Part shown: piece by piece, positions 24,207-33,410 of the stretch | Numbering within the stretch: position 1 is the first letter of the stretch | Layout of the letters: every line of letters starts with the position of its first letter | Assembly (NCBI GenBank): GCA_040004225.1 | Contig: JBDUBI010000184.1 | Span: 1 to 43,803, forward strand | Length of the DNA stretch: 43,803 nt | Direction of reading: 5' to 3' | Origin: Acidobacteriota bacterium | Lineage (GTDB): Bacteria > Acidobacteriota > Thermoanaerobaculia > UBA5066 > Gp7-AA6 | Notes under the pieces: model-generated | Database searches by the model: none | The model's input: the letters and a program-made list of their open reading frames with translations, nothing else | Told to the model about the DNA's origin: nothing | Made by a program: the position numbers and the translations under genes

Positions 24207-27200
24207 GCGCGAGAGATCCGAAGCGCGAGGCCGTCGCGATCGTCGGAATGGCCGGACGATTCCCGGGGGCCGCCTCGGTCGAGGAACTCTGGGAGAATCT
24301 GAAAGCTGGCCGGGAGTCGATTTCCACTCTGACGGACGAGGATCTGCTCGCCTCCGGAATCGACGCCGCGCGGCTCGCCGACCCTCTCTACGTCAAGGCC
24401 CGCGGGATCCTGGCGGACGTCGACCTTTTCGACGCCCCCTTCTTCGGCTTCACTCCGAAGGAAGCGGGCCTCACGGATCCTCAGCACCGGCTGTTCTTGG
24501 AGACGTGCTGGCAGGCTCTGGAGAACGCCGGCTGCGACCCCGGGGCGGCCGGCCGGCGTATCGGCGTCTTCGGTGGGATGAGCATGAACACCTACCTCCT
24601 GGCGGCGCGCGGGCGTGACGCGAGCTTCTGGAAGAACCTGACGGAGGCCTACCAGATCGGTGAGTACCCGTCGCTCGTCGGGAACGACAACAACTTCCTG
24701 ACGACGCGGGTCTCGTACAAGCTCGACCTCAAGGGACCGAGCCTGGACGTTCAGAGCGGCTGCTCGACGTCTCTCGTGGCGATCTGCCTCGCGGCCCGGG
24801 CGCTGCTCGAGCACGACTGCGACGCGGCGCTCGCCGGCGGCGTCTCCATCACGTTCCCGCAGAAGCGCGGCTACGTCTATCAGGACGGCGCGATGGGATC
24901 CCCGGACGGGCGTTGTCGCGCCTTCGACGCGGCCGCGGCGGGTACCGTGTTCGGGGCGGGGGTCGGCGTCGTCGTATTGAAAAGACTTTCGGATGCGCTG
25001 GCCGGCGGCGACTCGATTGTCGCGGTGATCCGGGGTTTCGCGTTGAACAACGACGGTGCCGCAAAAGTCGGTTACATGGCACCGAGCGTCGAGGGGCAGG
25101 CGGAGGTGATCGCGACGGCGCAGGCCCTGGCCGACGTCGATGCCGACTCGATCGGGTACGTGGAGACGCACGGGACGGGAACCCCGCTCGGCGATCCGAT
25201 CGAGATTGCGGGATTGACTCGCGCCTTTCGCGCCTCGACGGACGGGAAGAGGTTCTGCGCGATCGGCTCGGTGAAGCCGAACGTGGGTCATCTCGACACC
25301 GCCTCCGGAGTCACCGGGTTCATCAAGGCCGCGCTCGCGGTGAGCACCGGAGTCATTCCGCCAAGCCTCCATTTCGAGAGCGCGAATCCCGCGGCGGACC
25401 TCGACAACTCTCCGTTTTTCGTGAACACCCGCCTTTCCGACTGGCGGCCAGCGGAGGGCGCGCCGCGGCGAGCCGGAGTCAGCGCGTTTGGAGTCGGCGG
25501 CACAAATGCCCACGTGATCCTGGAAGAAGCTCCGCTCGCCCGGACGCCGGCCGCGCGCTCTTCCGAGCTCCTCGTGCTTTCCGCGAAGACGCCCGACGCC
25601 CTCGACGCGGCCGCCTCGAACCTGGCCGCATATCTGTCGGATCACCCCGACGCGAACCTCGCCAACGTCGCCTTCACGCTCCAGTCCGGGCGGAAGCATT
25701 TCGTTCATCGGCGCGCCGTCGTCTGTGCGGACCCCGCCCAGGCCTCCGTCGCCCTCCGGGAACCGTCCAGATCGGGTGCCGCCGCGGCAGGACGCGCGTG
25801 CGGCTCGCAATCTCCGACGGTCGCCTTTATCTTCCCCGGACAGGGCGCCCAGCATCCGGGCATGGCCCGCGAGATTTATCGCACCGAGCCGAGGTTCCGG
25901 GAAGAGGTCGACCGGTGCATCGCGCTGCTCGGGCCCTCGGGCGGCGTCGTTCTTCAGGCGATCGATCCGCCCGGCGGACTGGAGACGATCGAGGCGTGGA
26001 AGATCCATCGCACGTCCGCCGCTCAACCGGCGATCTTCGTCGTCGAGTTCGCTCTCGCGCGGCTCTGGGAGAGCTGGGGAGTCCGGCCGGCCGCGATGCT
26101 CGGACACAGTATCGGGGAATTCGCCGCGGCGACACTGGCGGGCGTCTTTACCCTCGAAGATGCCCTGTCGCTCGTCGCGGCGCGCGGCCGGCTCGTCGAG
26201 GCGCTTCCGGACGGGGCGATGCTGGCGGTTCGAGTCAAGGAAGAGGAGCTCGCAACGGTGATGCGGCCCGGCATCTCGCTCGCCGCCGTGAACACACCGT
26301 CACTGTGCGTGCTGGCAGGCTCGCTCGAAGACATCGAGACGCTCCAGTCGGACCTCACGGAACGGGGCATTGCGCACCGCCGTCTCCCGACGTCGCACGC
26401 CTTCCACTCCGAAATGATGGATCCGGCCGTTGCTCCCTTCGAGGATCTCGTCCGGAGCGTGCGCCGGTCGCCGCCCTCGATCCCGTTCGTCTCTAGCGTG
26501 ACGGGTACGTGGATCCGGCCCGAAGAAGCCGTCGATCCCGCGTACTGGTCCGCTCACCTCCGGCGGCCGGTCCGCTTCGCGCGCGCCCTGGCCGAGCTCA
26601 TGACCGAGAAAGATCGGGTCCTGCTCGAGGTCGGTCCGGGCCAGACCCTCGCGCTCCACGGCCGCCGGCATCCGCAGAGACTTCGCGAGCAGGTCGTGCT
26701 CTCGTCGCTCGGCCATTCCGAGGAGGGGCGGGAATCGGATCGCGCGTGCCTGCTGGCCGCCGTCGGGGAGCTCTGGACCGCGGGAGCGCGAATCGAGTGG
26801 CCGTCCCTGCAGGAGGGGAGAGGTCTCCGGCGCGTGCCGCTTCCGACGTATCCCTTCGAGCGCCGCAGCCACTGGATAGACCGTGAGCAGTCCCACGACC
26901 TCTTGGCCGACGGGATGGAACACCCCTCGGACGCGGCGCGTCCGATGAAAACGGAGAGCCCTGTGATCAGCACAACCGCCTCGGACGCCGCCGCCCGGCA
27001 ACCACGAATCCTGGCGAAACTCCAGGGCGTATTCGCGGATCTCTCCGGGCTCGCCCCCGAGGACATCGTTCCGTCCGCGACTTTTCTGGAGCTCGGCTTC
27101 GACTCTCTTTTTCTCACTCAGGCCTCGCAGCAGGTCCAGAAGGAATTCGCCGTGACCGTCTCGTTCAGACAGCTGCTCGGCGATGCCTCCACGGCCGGCG

Positions 27201-30200
27201 CTCTCGCGTTGTACCTGGACGCGCGGATGCCGCCGGATTTGGCGCCGGCGGCTCGACCCGGAGCGACGTCTCTTCGGGTGGTCCCCCCGTTTGCGCCGGC
27301 GGCGGTCGCCCCGGCCGGGGCGGGGGAGGCCGCGGGGCAAGGCGCGCTCGAGCGCATCTTCGCCGATCAGATGCGCGTGATGTCCGAACAGATCGCGATG
27401 CTTCGCGGCGAGGTCCCCGCGCCGTCCGCGGCCGCCGGCGTCCCGGCGCCGCGGGAAGGAACCGGCGCCCGCGTGGCCGAGCACCCCGGTTTTCAGGCGT
27501 TCGGTCCCTACAAGCCGATCGAAAAAGCGCCCGGGACGGGCCTCTCGGAGCGGCAGCAGGAACACCTGTCCCGGTTGATCGCCCGCTACCAGCGGCGCTC
27601 GGCGGAATCGAAGCGTCTGGCGCAGGAACACCGGTCGCACTTCGCCGACCCCCGGGTCGTTGCCGGCTTCCGTCTGGAATGGAAGGAAATGGTCTATCCG
27701 ATCGTCGCGGCCGGGTCCTCGGGGTCCCGCATACGCGACGTCGACGGCAACGAGTATGTCGACCTTCTGATGGGTTACGGCCTGAACCTCTTCGGCCACT
27801 CCCCGCCGTTCGTGACGGAGGCGGTCGCGGAGCAGCTTCGCAAGGGCGTAGAGATCGGACCGCAGTCTCCCCTCGCCGGCGATGTGGCGCGGCGCATCTG
27901 CGAGCTCACGGGAATGGAGCGCGCGACCTTCTGCAACACTGGATCCGAAGCCGTGATGGCGGCGATCCGTCTGGCGCGGACCGTCACGGGGCGCGAGAAG
28001 ATCGCCCTCTTCACCGGCTCGTACCACGGAACGTTCGACGAGGTGCTCGTCCGCGGCATCCACTCGGGCGGCATGCACCGGTCGTTGCCGATCGCTCCGG
28101 GAATTCCCGGCGCGAAGGTGGAAAACGTCCTCGTGCTCGACTACGGCACCGACGAGTCTCTGCGCATCCTCGAATCCCGCATGCCGGAGCTCGCGGCCGT
28201 CCTCGTCGAGCCCGTCCAGAGCCGGCATCCCGATCTTCAGCCGCGTGAGTTCCTGACCCGGTTGCGCGAGGTGACCGAGCAGAGCGGGACGGCGCTGATC
28301 TTCGACGAGGTCATCACCGGTTTCCGCGTGCACCCGGGCGGCTGTCAGGCCCTCTTCGGAATCCGTGCGGACCTGGCGACCTACGGAAAAGTTCTCGGGG
28401 GAGGCATGCCGTTTGGAGTCGTCGCTGGCCGCCGGGGCTTCATGGATGCCCTGGACGGCGGGGCGTGGCAATTCGGCGACGACTCCATTCCCGAGGCGGG
28501 TGTCACATTCTTCGCGGGCACGTTCGTGCGTCATCCGCTCGCTCTGGCCGCCGCCTCCGCCGTTCTGGAGCGCCTTCAAGCGGCAGGGCCGGCGTTTCAG
28601 GAAAGTCTGAACGCGAAGGCGGAGAAACTCGCGATGCGGCTGAACCGGTGCTTCGAGGAGTACGGAGTTCCGAGCCGCGTGCAGCGATTCGGTTCGATTC
28701 TCTTCTTCGGATTCTCGAGCGAGCACCGGCTCGCGAGCCTGCTCTTCTACCACCTCCGCGAAAAGGGAGTTCACCTCTGGGAAGGCTTTCCCTGCTTCGT
28801 GACGGAGGCGCATTCGGAGGCCGACCTCGATCTCGTCGTCCGCGCCTTCGAGGAAAGCGCGGCGGACATGCGATCCGGCGGATTCCTCCCGGCGCCCTCC
28901 GGGGAAGGAAGGGTCGGCGCGCCCGCGTTGCCGGCGGTGGCGGTGCAAACGGAAGAAGGGGACTTCGGATTTCCTCTGACCGATGCCCAGAGGGAAATCT
29001 GGCTCGCGTGCCAGATGGGACCGGAGGCGTCCTGTGCGTTCAACGAGAGCGTGACGCTCAAATTTCGCGGATCGCTCCAGGTGGAGGCGCTTCGGGCTTC
29101 CCTCGACGAACTGGTCGTCCGCCACGAAGCCCTGCGGACGACGTTCGACGGGGAGGGAGAGCGGCAGCGAGTCCTCCCGGCCTTTTCCGTCCCGCTCGCC
29201 GATGCGGATCTCTCCCGCTGCGGGCCCGCGGAAGCCTCGGCGAGTCGGCAGCGAATCCTGCGGGAGGAGGCCCGGACCCCGTTCGACCTGGCGCAGGGGC
29301 CACTCGTGAGAGGCCGGCTGCTCCGCCTCGATTCCGAGGTCCACGAGCTCATCCTGACGGCCCATCACCTCGCCGCCGACGGCTGGTCGACGAACGTGCT
29401 CCTGAAAGACCTCGCTCGCCTCTACTCTTTGCGCCGCGGAGAACTTTCGGGGACGCTGCCGCCCGCATCCCGGTTTCGCGATTTCGCCCTCCGGGAGGCG
29501 GCGCACGCGAGCGGGCCGGACGCGGCGGCGACCGAGGCGTACTGGCTCGAGCAGTTCGCGTCTGCGCCTCCGGTCCTCGACCTGCCGGCCGACCGGCCGC
29601 GGCCCTCCGTGAAGACCTATGCGGGGGCGACCGCGAGGCGGCTCGTGTCCCGCGAGCTCGCGAAGTCGATTCGCCAGGCCGGGACCCGGGAAGGTTGCAC
29701 CCTCTTCGGCACCCTGTTCGGCGCGTTCACAGCGCTCCTCCATCGCCTGACGGGCGAGGAGGACCTTGTGGTCGGGATCCCCGCGGCGGGCCAGGCCGGC
29801 GACGGTTCCGAGGACCTTGTCGGCCATTGCGTCCATTTCCTTCCCATCCGCTCGCGCGTGACGAATCGGACGGAGACGCGGGAGCACCTGCGAGCGTCCG
29901 GGAAGGCGATCCTGGACGCTTTCGAGCACCAGGACACCACCTACGGCAGGCTCATCCAGAAGCTTTCGCTTCCTCGAGACCCGAGTCGCTTGCCCCTGAT
30001 CGAAGCGCAGTTCAACCTCGAGCGGGTCGGGGCCGGCATCGAGTGGCCGGGGGTGAGTGTCGACGTGGATACGAACGCGAAATCGTTCGTGAACGACGAC
30101 GTGTTCTTGAACGTCGTCGAAACGCAGGACGGGCTCGTTCTCGACTGCGACTTCAACACCGACCTCTTCGACGCGGAAACCGTGGAGCGATGGCTCGGGT

Positions 30201-33200
30201 ATTACGAGAAGCTTCTGGCGGCCATCGTCGAAGATGCGGCACGGCCGCTGAACGGACTTCCCGTGTGGAGCGACGCGGAGCGGGATCGCGTGCTGGTCGA
30301 GTGGAACCGGACGGCCCGCCGTCCCTCGAAGCCCGCTTGCGCGCACGATCAATTCGAGGCGCAGGCCGTCCGGTCTCCGAACTCGATCGCGATCGTTTTC
30401 CGGGAGGAGCGGCTCTCCTACGCGGAGGTCAACGCGCGCGCAAACCGCCTGGCGCATTATCTCGGATCGATCGGCGTCCTGCGGGGTGGTGTCGTCGCGC
30501 TCTGCCTGGAGCGCACGCCCGAGCTGCTCGTCGCGATGCTGGCGGTTCTGAAAGCGGGAGCCGCCTATCTGCCGCTCGATCCGGGCCATCCGGCGGAACG
30601 GACCGGCTCAATTCTCGAAGACGCCGCAGTCTCCTTCGTTCTGGCAGACCGCGCTCTCTCTGCCCCGGCGGGTATTCGGGTCGTGGACCTCTCAGCGGAG
30701 CACGAGAGGATCGCCGGGGCGAGCGCCGACAATCCGACGTCCGGGACGCAGCCGGACGACCTCGCCTACGTGATCTACACGTCCGGCTCGACCGGCAGGC
30801 CCAAGGGTGTCGCGGTGGAACACCGCGCTCTCGCGAACTTGCTCCAGTCGATGCGGGAGAGCCCGGGAATCGACCGGAACGACACGCTTCTCGCCGTGAC
30901 GACCGTGACGTTCGACATCGCGACGCTCGAATTGCTCCTGCCGCTGACGGTCGGAGCCAGAACGGCGCTGGCGGAATCGGAAGCCGCCCCCGACGGAAGG
31001 GCGCTCGCCGAAGAGCTGTTCCGGTCTCAGGCGACCGTCATGCAGGCGACCCCGTCTACCTGGCGCCTCCTGATCGAGTCCGGTTGGAAGGGTCAGTCGA
31101 ACCTGAAGATGCTGTGCGGGGGCGAGCCGCTCTCGCGGGACCTGGCCGACGCCCTGCTCTGCCGGGGAGGCTCTCTCTGGAACATGTACGGACCGACGGA
31201 GACCACCATCTGGTCTGCCGTCCTGCGGGTCAGCGCCGGCGAGGGACTTCCCGGCATCGGGCCGCCCATCGCGAACACCCAGCTCTACGTTCTCGACGAG
31301 GAGCTTTCTCCGGTGCCGATCGGGGTTCGTGGCGAGGTGTTCATCGGCGGGACCGGCCTCGCTCGCGGGTACTGGAAGCAGCCTTCGCTGACGGCGGAGC
31401 GGTTCGTGCCGGATCCCTTCCGGCACGAACACGGCGCGCGGCTCTTTCGGACGGGAGACGTGGGCCGCTTCCGAGCGAACGGGACGATCGAGCTCCTCGG
31501 CCGCATCGACCGGCAAGTCAAGCTTCGGGGATACCGCATCGAGCCGGGCGAGGTCGAGGCCGCGCTGGCGGGCCACGCCGAGGTTCGAGAAGTCGCGGTG
31601 ATGGTGCGGGAGGACATCCCCGGTGATCGAAGGCTCGTCGCTTACGTGGTGCCCCGGGTTTCGGAGGCGGGCGAAGTCGAGGCGCAGTGGCAGGCCGAGA
31701 TGAGCTCGCAATGGCAGGCGCAGTACGGAGCGGCGATCGGAGAGAGCGATACGCAGGGGGTCAGCCTCTACGGTTGGGCCGACCTCGGCAACGTCGCCGA
31801 GGAGCTGGAGGCGTGGCTCGCGCCTGTGGCCGAGGACATCCTCTCCTGGAGTCCCCGGCGCGTTCTCGAGATCGGATGCGGTACCGGGCTCCTCCTCGAA
31901 AGGCTGGCTCCCCGCTGCACGCATTACGCGGGGACGGATCTTTCGCAGGAGGCGCTCGACAGCCTTCGCAGGCGCCTCGACGCGACGGAGCTTGCCGGTG
32001 AGCGCGTGGCTCTCCGGCGTCGGATGGCGGATGACTTCGGAGGCATCGAACCGGGTTCATTCGACACTGTCATTCTCAACTCGGTCGTCGAGTACCTCCC
32101 GGGGGTCGAGACCCTCCTGCGGGTGGTCGAAGGGGCGGTCCGCGCGGTGGGCGCCCGGGGGCACGTGTTCCTGGGAGACATCCCGAGCCTGCCGATGTGG
32201 GAGATCTTTCACGCGGCGGCGCAGCTCGAGCGCGCTCCCGACGCGCTTCCCGTCTCGCAGCTCCGCGACCGCGTGCGCCACGCGTCCTCTCAGGGAAGCC
32301 GTCTGCTGGTCGATCCGGATTTCTTCCGGGCGCTTTCTCATCGAATCGCCGGGATCGGGAGCATCGAGGTCCGCCAGTCCCGGGCCCGGTTCTCCCACGA
32401 GGTCTCGAGGCTCCACGCCGATGCCTACTACGACGTGGTGGTGCACGTCGGAGAGTCGTTCCCGGAGCGAGACCGGGAGCGCGTCACGCGCGACTGGGAG
32501 AAAGACGGGATGTCGACGCCCGCTCTCGAGGATCTGCTGGCCGGCACGCGCGATTCGCTTCTCGTGCTCGGAGTCCCGATCCAGCGGCTCGCCACCGAGG
32601 CCAGGCTCCTCGAGCTTCTCGAAGGCGACGACGCTGCCGGAACGGTGCGGGATCTCCGGAGGCGCCTGGACGAGGTTTCAGGCGTCGACCTGGAGACCAT
32701 CGTCGATCTCGCCGGGCGCCGCGATTGGGCCGTGGACCGGGTGTGGTCCGAGTCCGGTCGCGACGGCCGCTGCGACCTTCTATTCCGGAGTCCCGTGCAC
32801 CATGCGGGACACCTCGGTTCCGGTCTGTCAAAGGAAACCGGACGTCGCAGGCCGTGGGCAGACTACACGAACAGCCCGGCCCGCGCGGCCCTGTCCCGCC
32901 GTCTGGCGCCGGAGCTTCGATTCTTCGCCCGGCGAAAATTGCCGCCCTTCATGGTTCCGGCAGTCATAGAAATTCTGGACGTGCTCCCGCTGACGGCGAA
33001 CGCCAAGGTGGACTATCGCGCCCTGCCGCCGCCGCAAGGAGTCACCGCGCTCTCGGGCGAGTTATTTCTCGCGCCGCAGACGGAGGCCGCGAAAGCCCTC
33101 GCGGCAATCTGGTCCGAGATCCTCGGGATCGCCCGAGTGGGGATCCGCGACGACGTCTTCGATCTCGGCGCCGACTCCCTCCTGATTTTTCGGATCGCCA

Positions 33201-33373
33201 CGCGGGCCAGGGCGGCCGGATTCGACGTCATGCCGAGGGATTTTTTCCGGCATCGCACGATCGCGGCGCTCCTGGAGGTTCTCGATGAAAGGCAGCCCCG
33301 GCGCGCGAGCGAGCAGACTCCGTTAGTCTCGGTTCCTCGGGATGCTCACCGTATGAGGCGGTCAAGCCTGTGA
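24203..33373 (+). CDS. Hybrid PKS/NRPS megasynthase: KS-AT-ACP-aminotransferase-C-A(interrupted by methyltransferase)-T
   Basis: GTG start after 'GGAAGGAG', overlapping the upstream stop (GTGA). KS: 'DPQHRLFLE', 'GCSTSLVA' (Cys at 24761), 'HGTGTPLGDPIE', 'KPNVGHL'. AT: 'GQGAQHPGM', 'GHSIGE' (26102), 'HAFHS' (malonyl type). ACP: 'LGFDSLFL' (27101). Class III PLP aminotransferase: 'GSEAVMAAIRLAR', 'LIFDEVITGFR', 'TYGKVLGGGMP' (Lys at 28388). C: 'HHLAADGWS' (29363). A: 'LAYVIYTSGSTGRPKGV', 'NMYGPTETTIW'; code DILQLGMIWK, a Gly code. MT insert: 'VLEIGCGTGLLLERL' (31862), 'ILNSVVEYLPG'. A10 motif: 'LPLTANAKVD'. T: 'VFDLGADSLLIFRI'. Confidence 0.93.
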   Translation: MSARDPKREAVAIVGMAGRFPGAASVEELWENLKAGRESISTLTDEDLLASGIDAARLADPLYVKARGILADVDLFDAPFFGFTPKEAGLTDPQHRLFLETCWQALENAGCDPGAAGRRIGVFGGMSMNTYLLAARGRDASFWKNLTEAYQIGEYPSLVGNDNNFLTTRVSYKLDLKGPSLDVQSGCSTSLVAICLAARALLEHDCDAALAGGVSITFPQKRGYVYQDGAMGSPDGRCRAFDAAAAGTVFGAGVGVVVLKRLSDALAGGDSIVAVIRGFALNNDGAAKVGYMAPSVEGQAEVIATAQALADVDADSIGYVETHGTGTPLGDPIEIAGLTRAFRASTDGKRFCAIGSVKPNVGHLDTASGVTGFIKAALAVSTGVIPPSLHFESANPAADLDNSPFFVNTRLSDWRPAEGAPRRAGVSAFGVGGTNAHVILEEAPLARTPAARSSELLVLSAKTPDALDAAASNLAAYLSDHPDANLANVAFTLQSGRKHFVHRRAVVCADPAQASVALREPSRSGAAAAGRACGSQSPTVAFIFPGQGAQHPGMAREIYRTEPRFREEVDRCIALLGPSGGVVLQAIDPPGGLETIEAWKIHRTSAAQPAIFVVEFALARLWESWGVRPAAMLGHSIGEFAAATLAGVFTLEDALSLVAARGRLVEALPDGAMLAVRVKEEELATVMRPGISLAAVNTPSLCVLAGSLEDIETLQSDLTERGIAHRRLPTSHAFHSEMMDPAVAPFEDLVRSVRRSPPSIPFVSSVTGTWIRPEEAVDPAYWSAHLRRPVRFARALAELMTEKDRVLLEVGPGQTLALHGRRHPQRLREQVVLSSLGHSEEGRESDRACLLAAVGELWTAGARIEWPSLQEGRGLRRVPLPTYPFERRSHWIDREQSHDLLADGMEHPSDAARPMKTESPVISTTASDAAARQPRILAKLQGVFADLSGLAPEDIVPSATFLELGFDSLFLTQASQQVQKEFAVTVSFRQLLGDASTAGALALYLDARMPPDLAPAARPGATSLRVVPPFAPAAVAPAGAGEAAGQGALERIFADQMRVMSEQIAMLRGEVPAPSAAAGVPAPREGTGARVAEHPGFQAFGPYKPIEKAPGTGLSERQQEHLSRLIARYQRRSAESKRLAQEHRSHFADPRVVAGFRLEWKEMVYPIVAAGSSGSRIRDVDGNEYVDLLMGYGLNLFGHSPPFVTEAVAEQLRKGVEIGPQSPLAGDVARRICELTGMERATFCNTGSEAVMAAIRLARTVTGREKIALFTGSYHGTFDEVLVRGIHSGGMHRSLPIAPGIPGAKVENVLVLDYGTDESLRILESRMPELAAVLVEPVQSRHPDLQPREFLTRLREVTEQSGTALIFDEVITGFRVHPGGCQALFGIRADLATYGKVLGGGMPFGVVAGRRGFMDALDGGAWQFGDDSIPEAGVTFFAGTFVRHPLALAAASAVLERLQAAGPAFQESLNAKAEKLAMRLNRCFEEYGVPSRVQRFGSILFFGFSSEHRLASLLFYHLREKGVHLWEGFPCFVTEAHSEADLDLVVRAFEESAADMRSGGFLPAPSGEGRVGAPALPAVAVQTEEGDFGFPLTDAQREIWLACQMGPEASCAFNESVTLKFRGSLQVEALRASLDELVVRHEALRTTFDGEGERQRVLPAFSVPLADADLSRCGPAEASASRQRILREEARTPFDLAQGPLVRGRLLRLDSEVHELILTAHHLAADGWSTNVLLKDLARLYSLRRGELSGTLPPASRFRDFALREAAHASGPDAAATEAYWLEQFASAPPVLDLPADRPRPSVKTYAGATARRLVSRELAKSIRQAGTREGCTLFGTLFGAFTALLHRLTGEEDLVVGIPAAGQAGDGSEDLVGHCVHFLPIRSRVTNRTETREHLRASGKAILDAFEHQDTTYGRLIQKLSLPRDPSRLPLIEAQFNLERVGAGIEWPGVSVDVDTNAKSFVNDDVFLNVVETQDGLVLDCDFNTDLFDAETVERWLGYYEKLLAAIVEDAARPLNGLPVWSDAERDRVLVEWNRTARRPSKPACAHDQFEAQAVRSPNSIAIVFREERLSYAEVNARANRLAHYLGSIGVLRGGVVALCLERTPELLVAMLAVLKAGAAYLPLDPGHPAERTGSILEDAAVSFVLADRALSAPAGIRVVDLSAEHERIAGASADNPTSGTQPDDLAYVIYTSGSTGRPKGVAVEHRALANLLQSMRESPGIDRNDTLLAVTTVTFDIATLELLLPLTVGARTALAESEAAPDGRALAEELFRSQATVMQATPSTWRLLIESGWKGQSNLKMLCGGEPLSRDLADALLCRGGSLWNMYGPTETTIWSAVLRVSAGEGLPGIGPPIANTQLYVLDEELSPVPIGVRGEVFIGGTGLARGYWKQPSLTAERFVPDPFRHEHGARLFRTGDVGRFRANGTIELLGRIDRQVKLRGYRIEPGEVEAALAGHAEVREVAVMVREDIPGDRRLVAYVVPRVSEAGEVEAQWQAEMSSQWQAQYGAAIGESDTQGVSLYGWADLGNVAEELEAWLAPVAEDILSWSPRRVLEIGCGTGLLLERLAPRCTHYAGTDLSQEALDSLRRRLDATELAGERVALRRRMADDFGGIEPGSFDTVILNSVVEYLPGVETLLRVVEGAVRAVGARGHVFLGDIPSLPMWEIFHAAAQLERAPDALPVSQLRDRVRHASSQGSRLLVDPDFFRALSHRIAGIGSIEVRQSRARFSHEVSRLHADAYYDVVVHVGESFPERDRERVTRDWEKDGMSTPALEDLLAGTRDSLLVLGVPIQRLATEARLLELLEGDDAAGTVRDLRRRLDEVSGVDLETIVDLAGRRDWAVDRVWSESGRDGRCDLLFRSPVHHAGHLGSGLSKETGRRRPWADYTNSPARAALSRRLAPELRFFARRKLPPFMVPAVIEILDVLPLTANAKVDYRALPPPQGVTALSGELFLAPQTEAAKALAAIWSEILGIARVGIRDDVFDLGADSLLIFRIATRARAAGFDVMPRDFFRHRTIAALLEVLDERQPRRASEQTPLVSVPRDAHRMRRSSL

Positions 33374-33410
33374 CGGGAAAATCGGAGGACGCCTGAGACC
33401 CGGCGTCATC

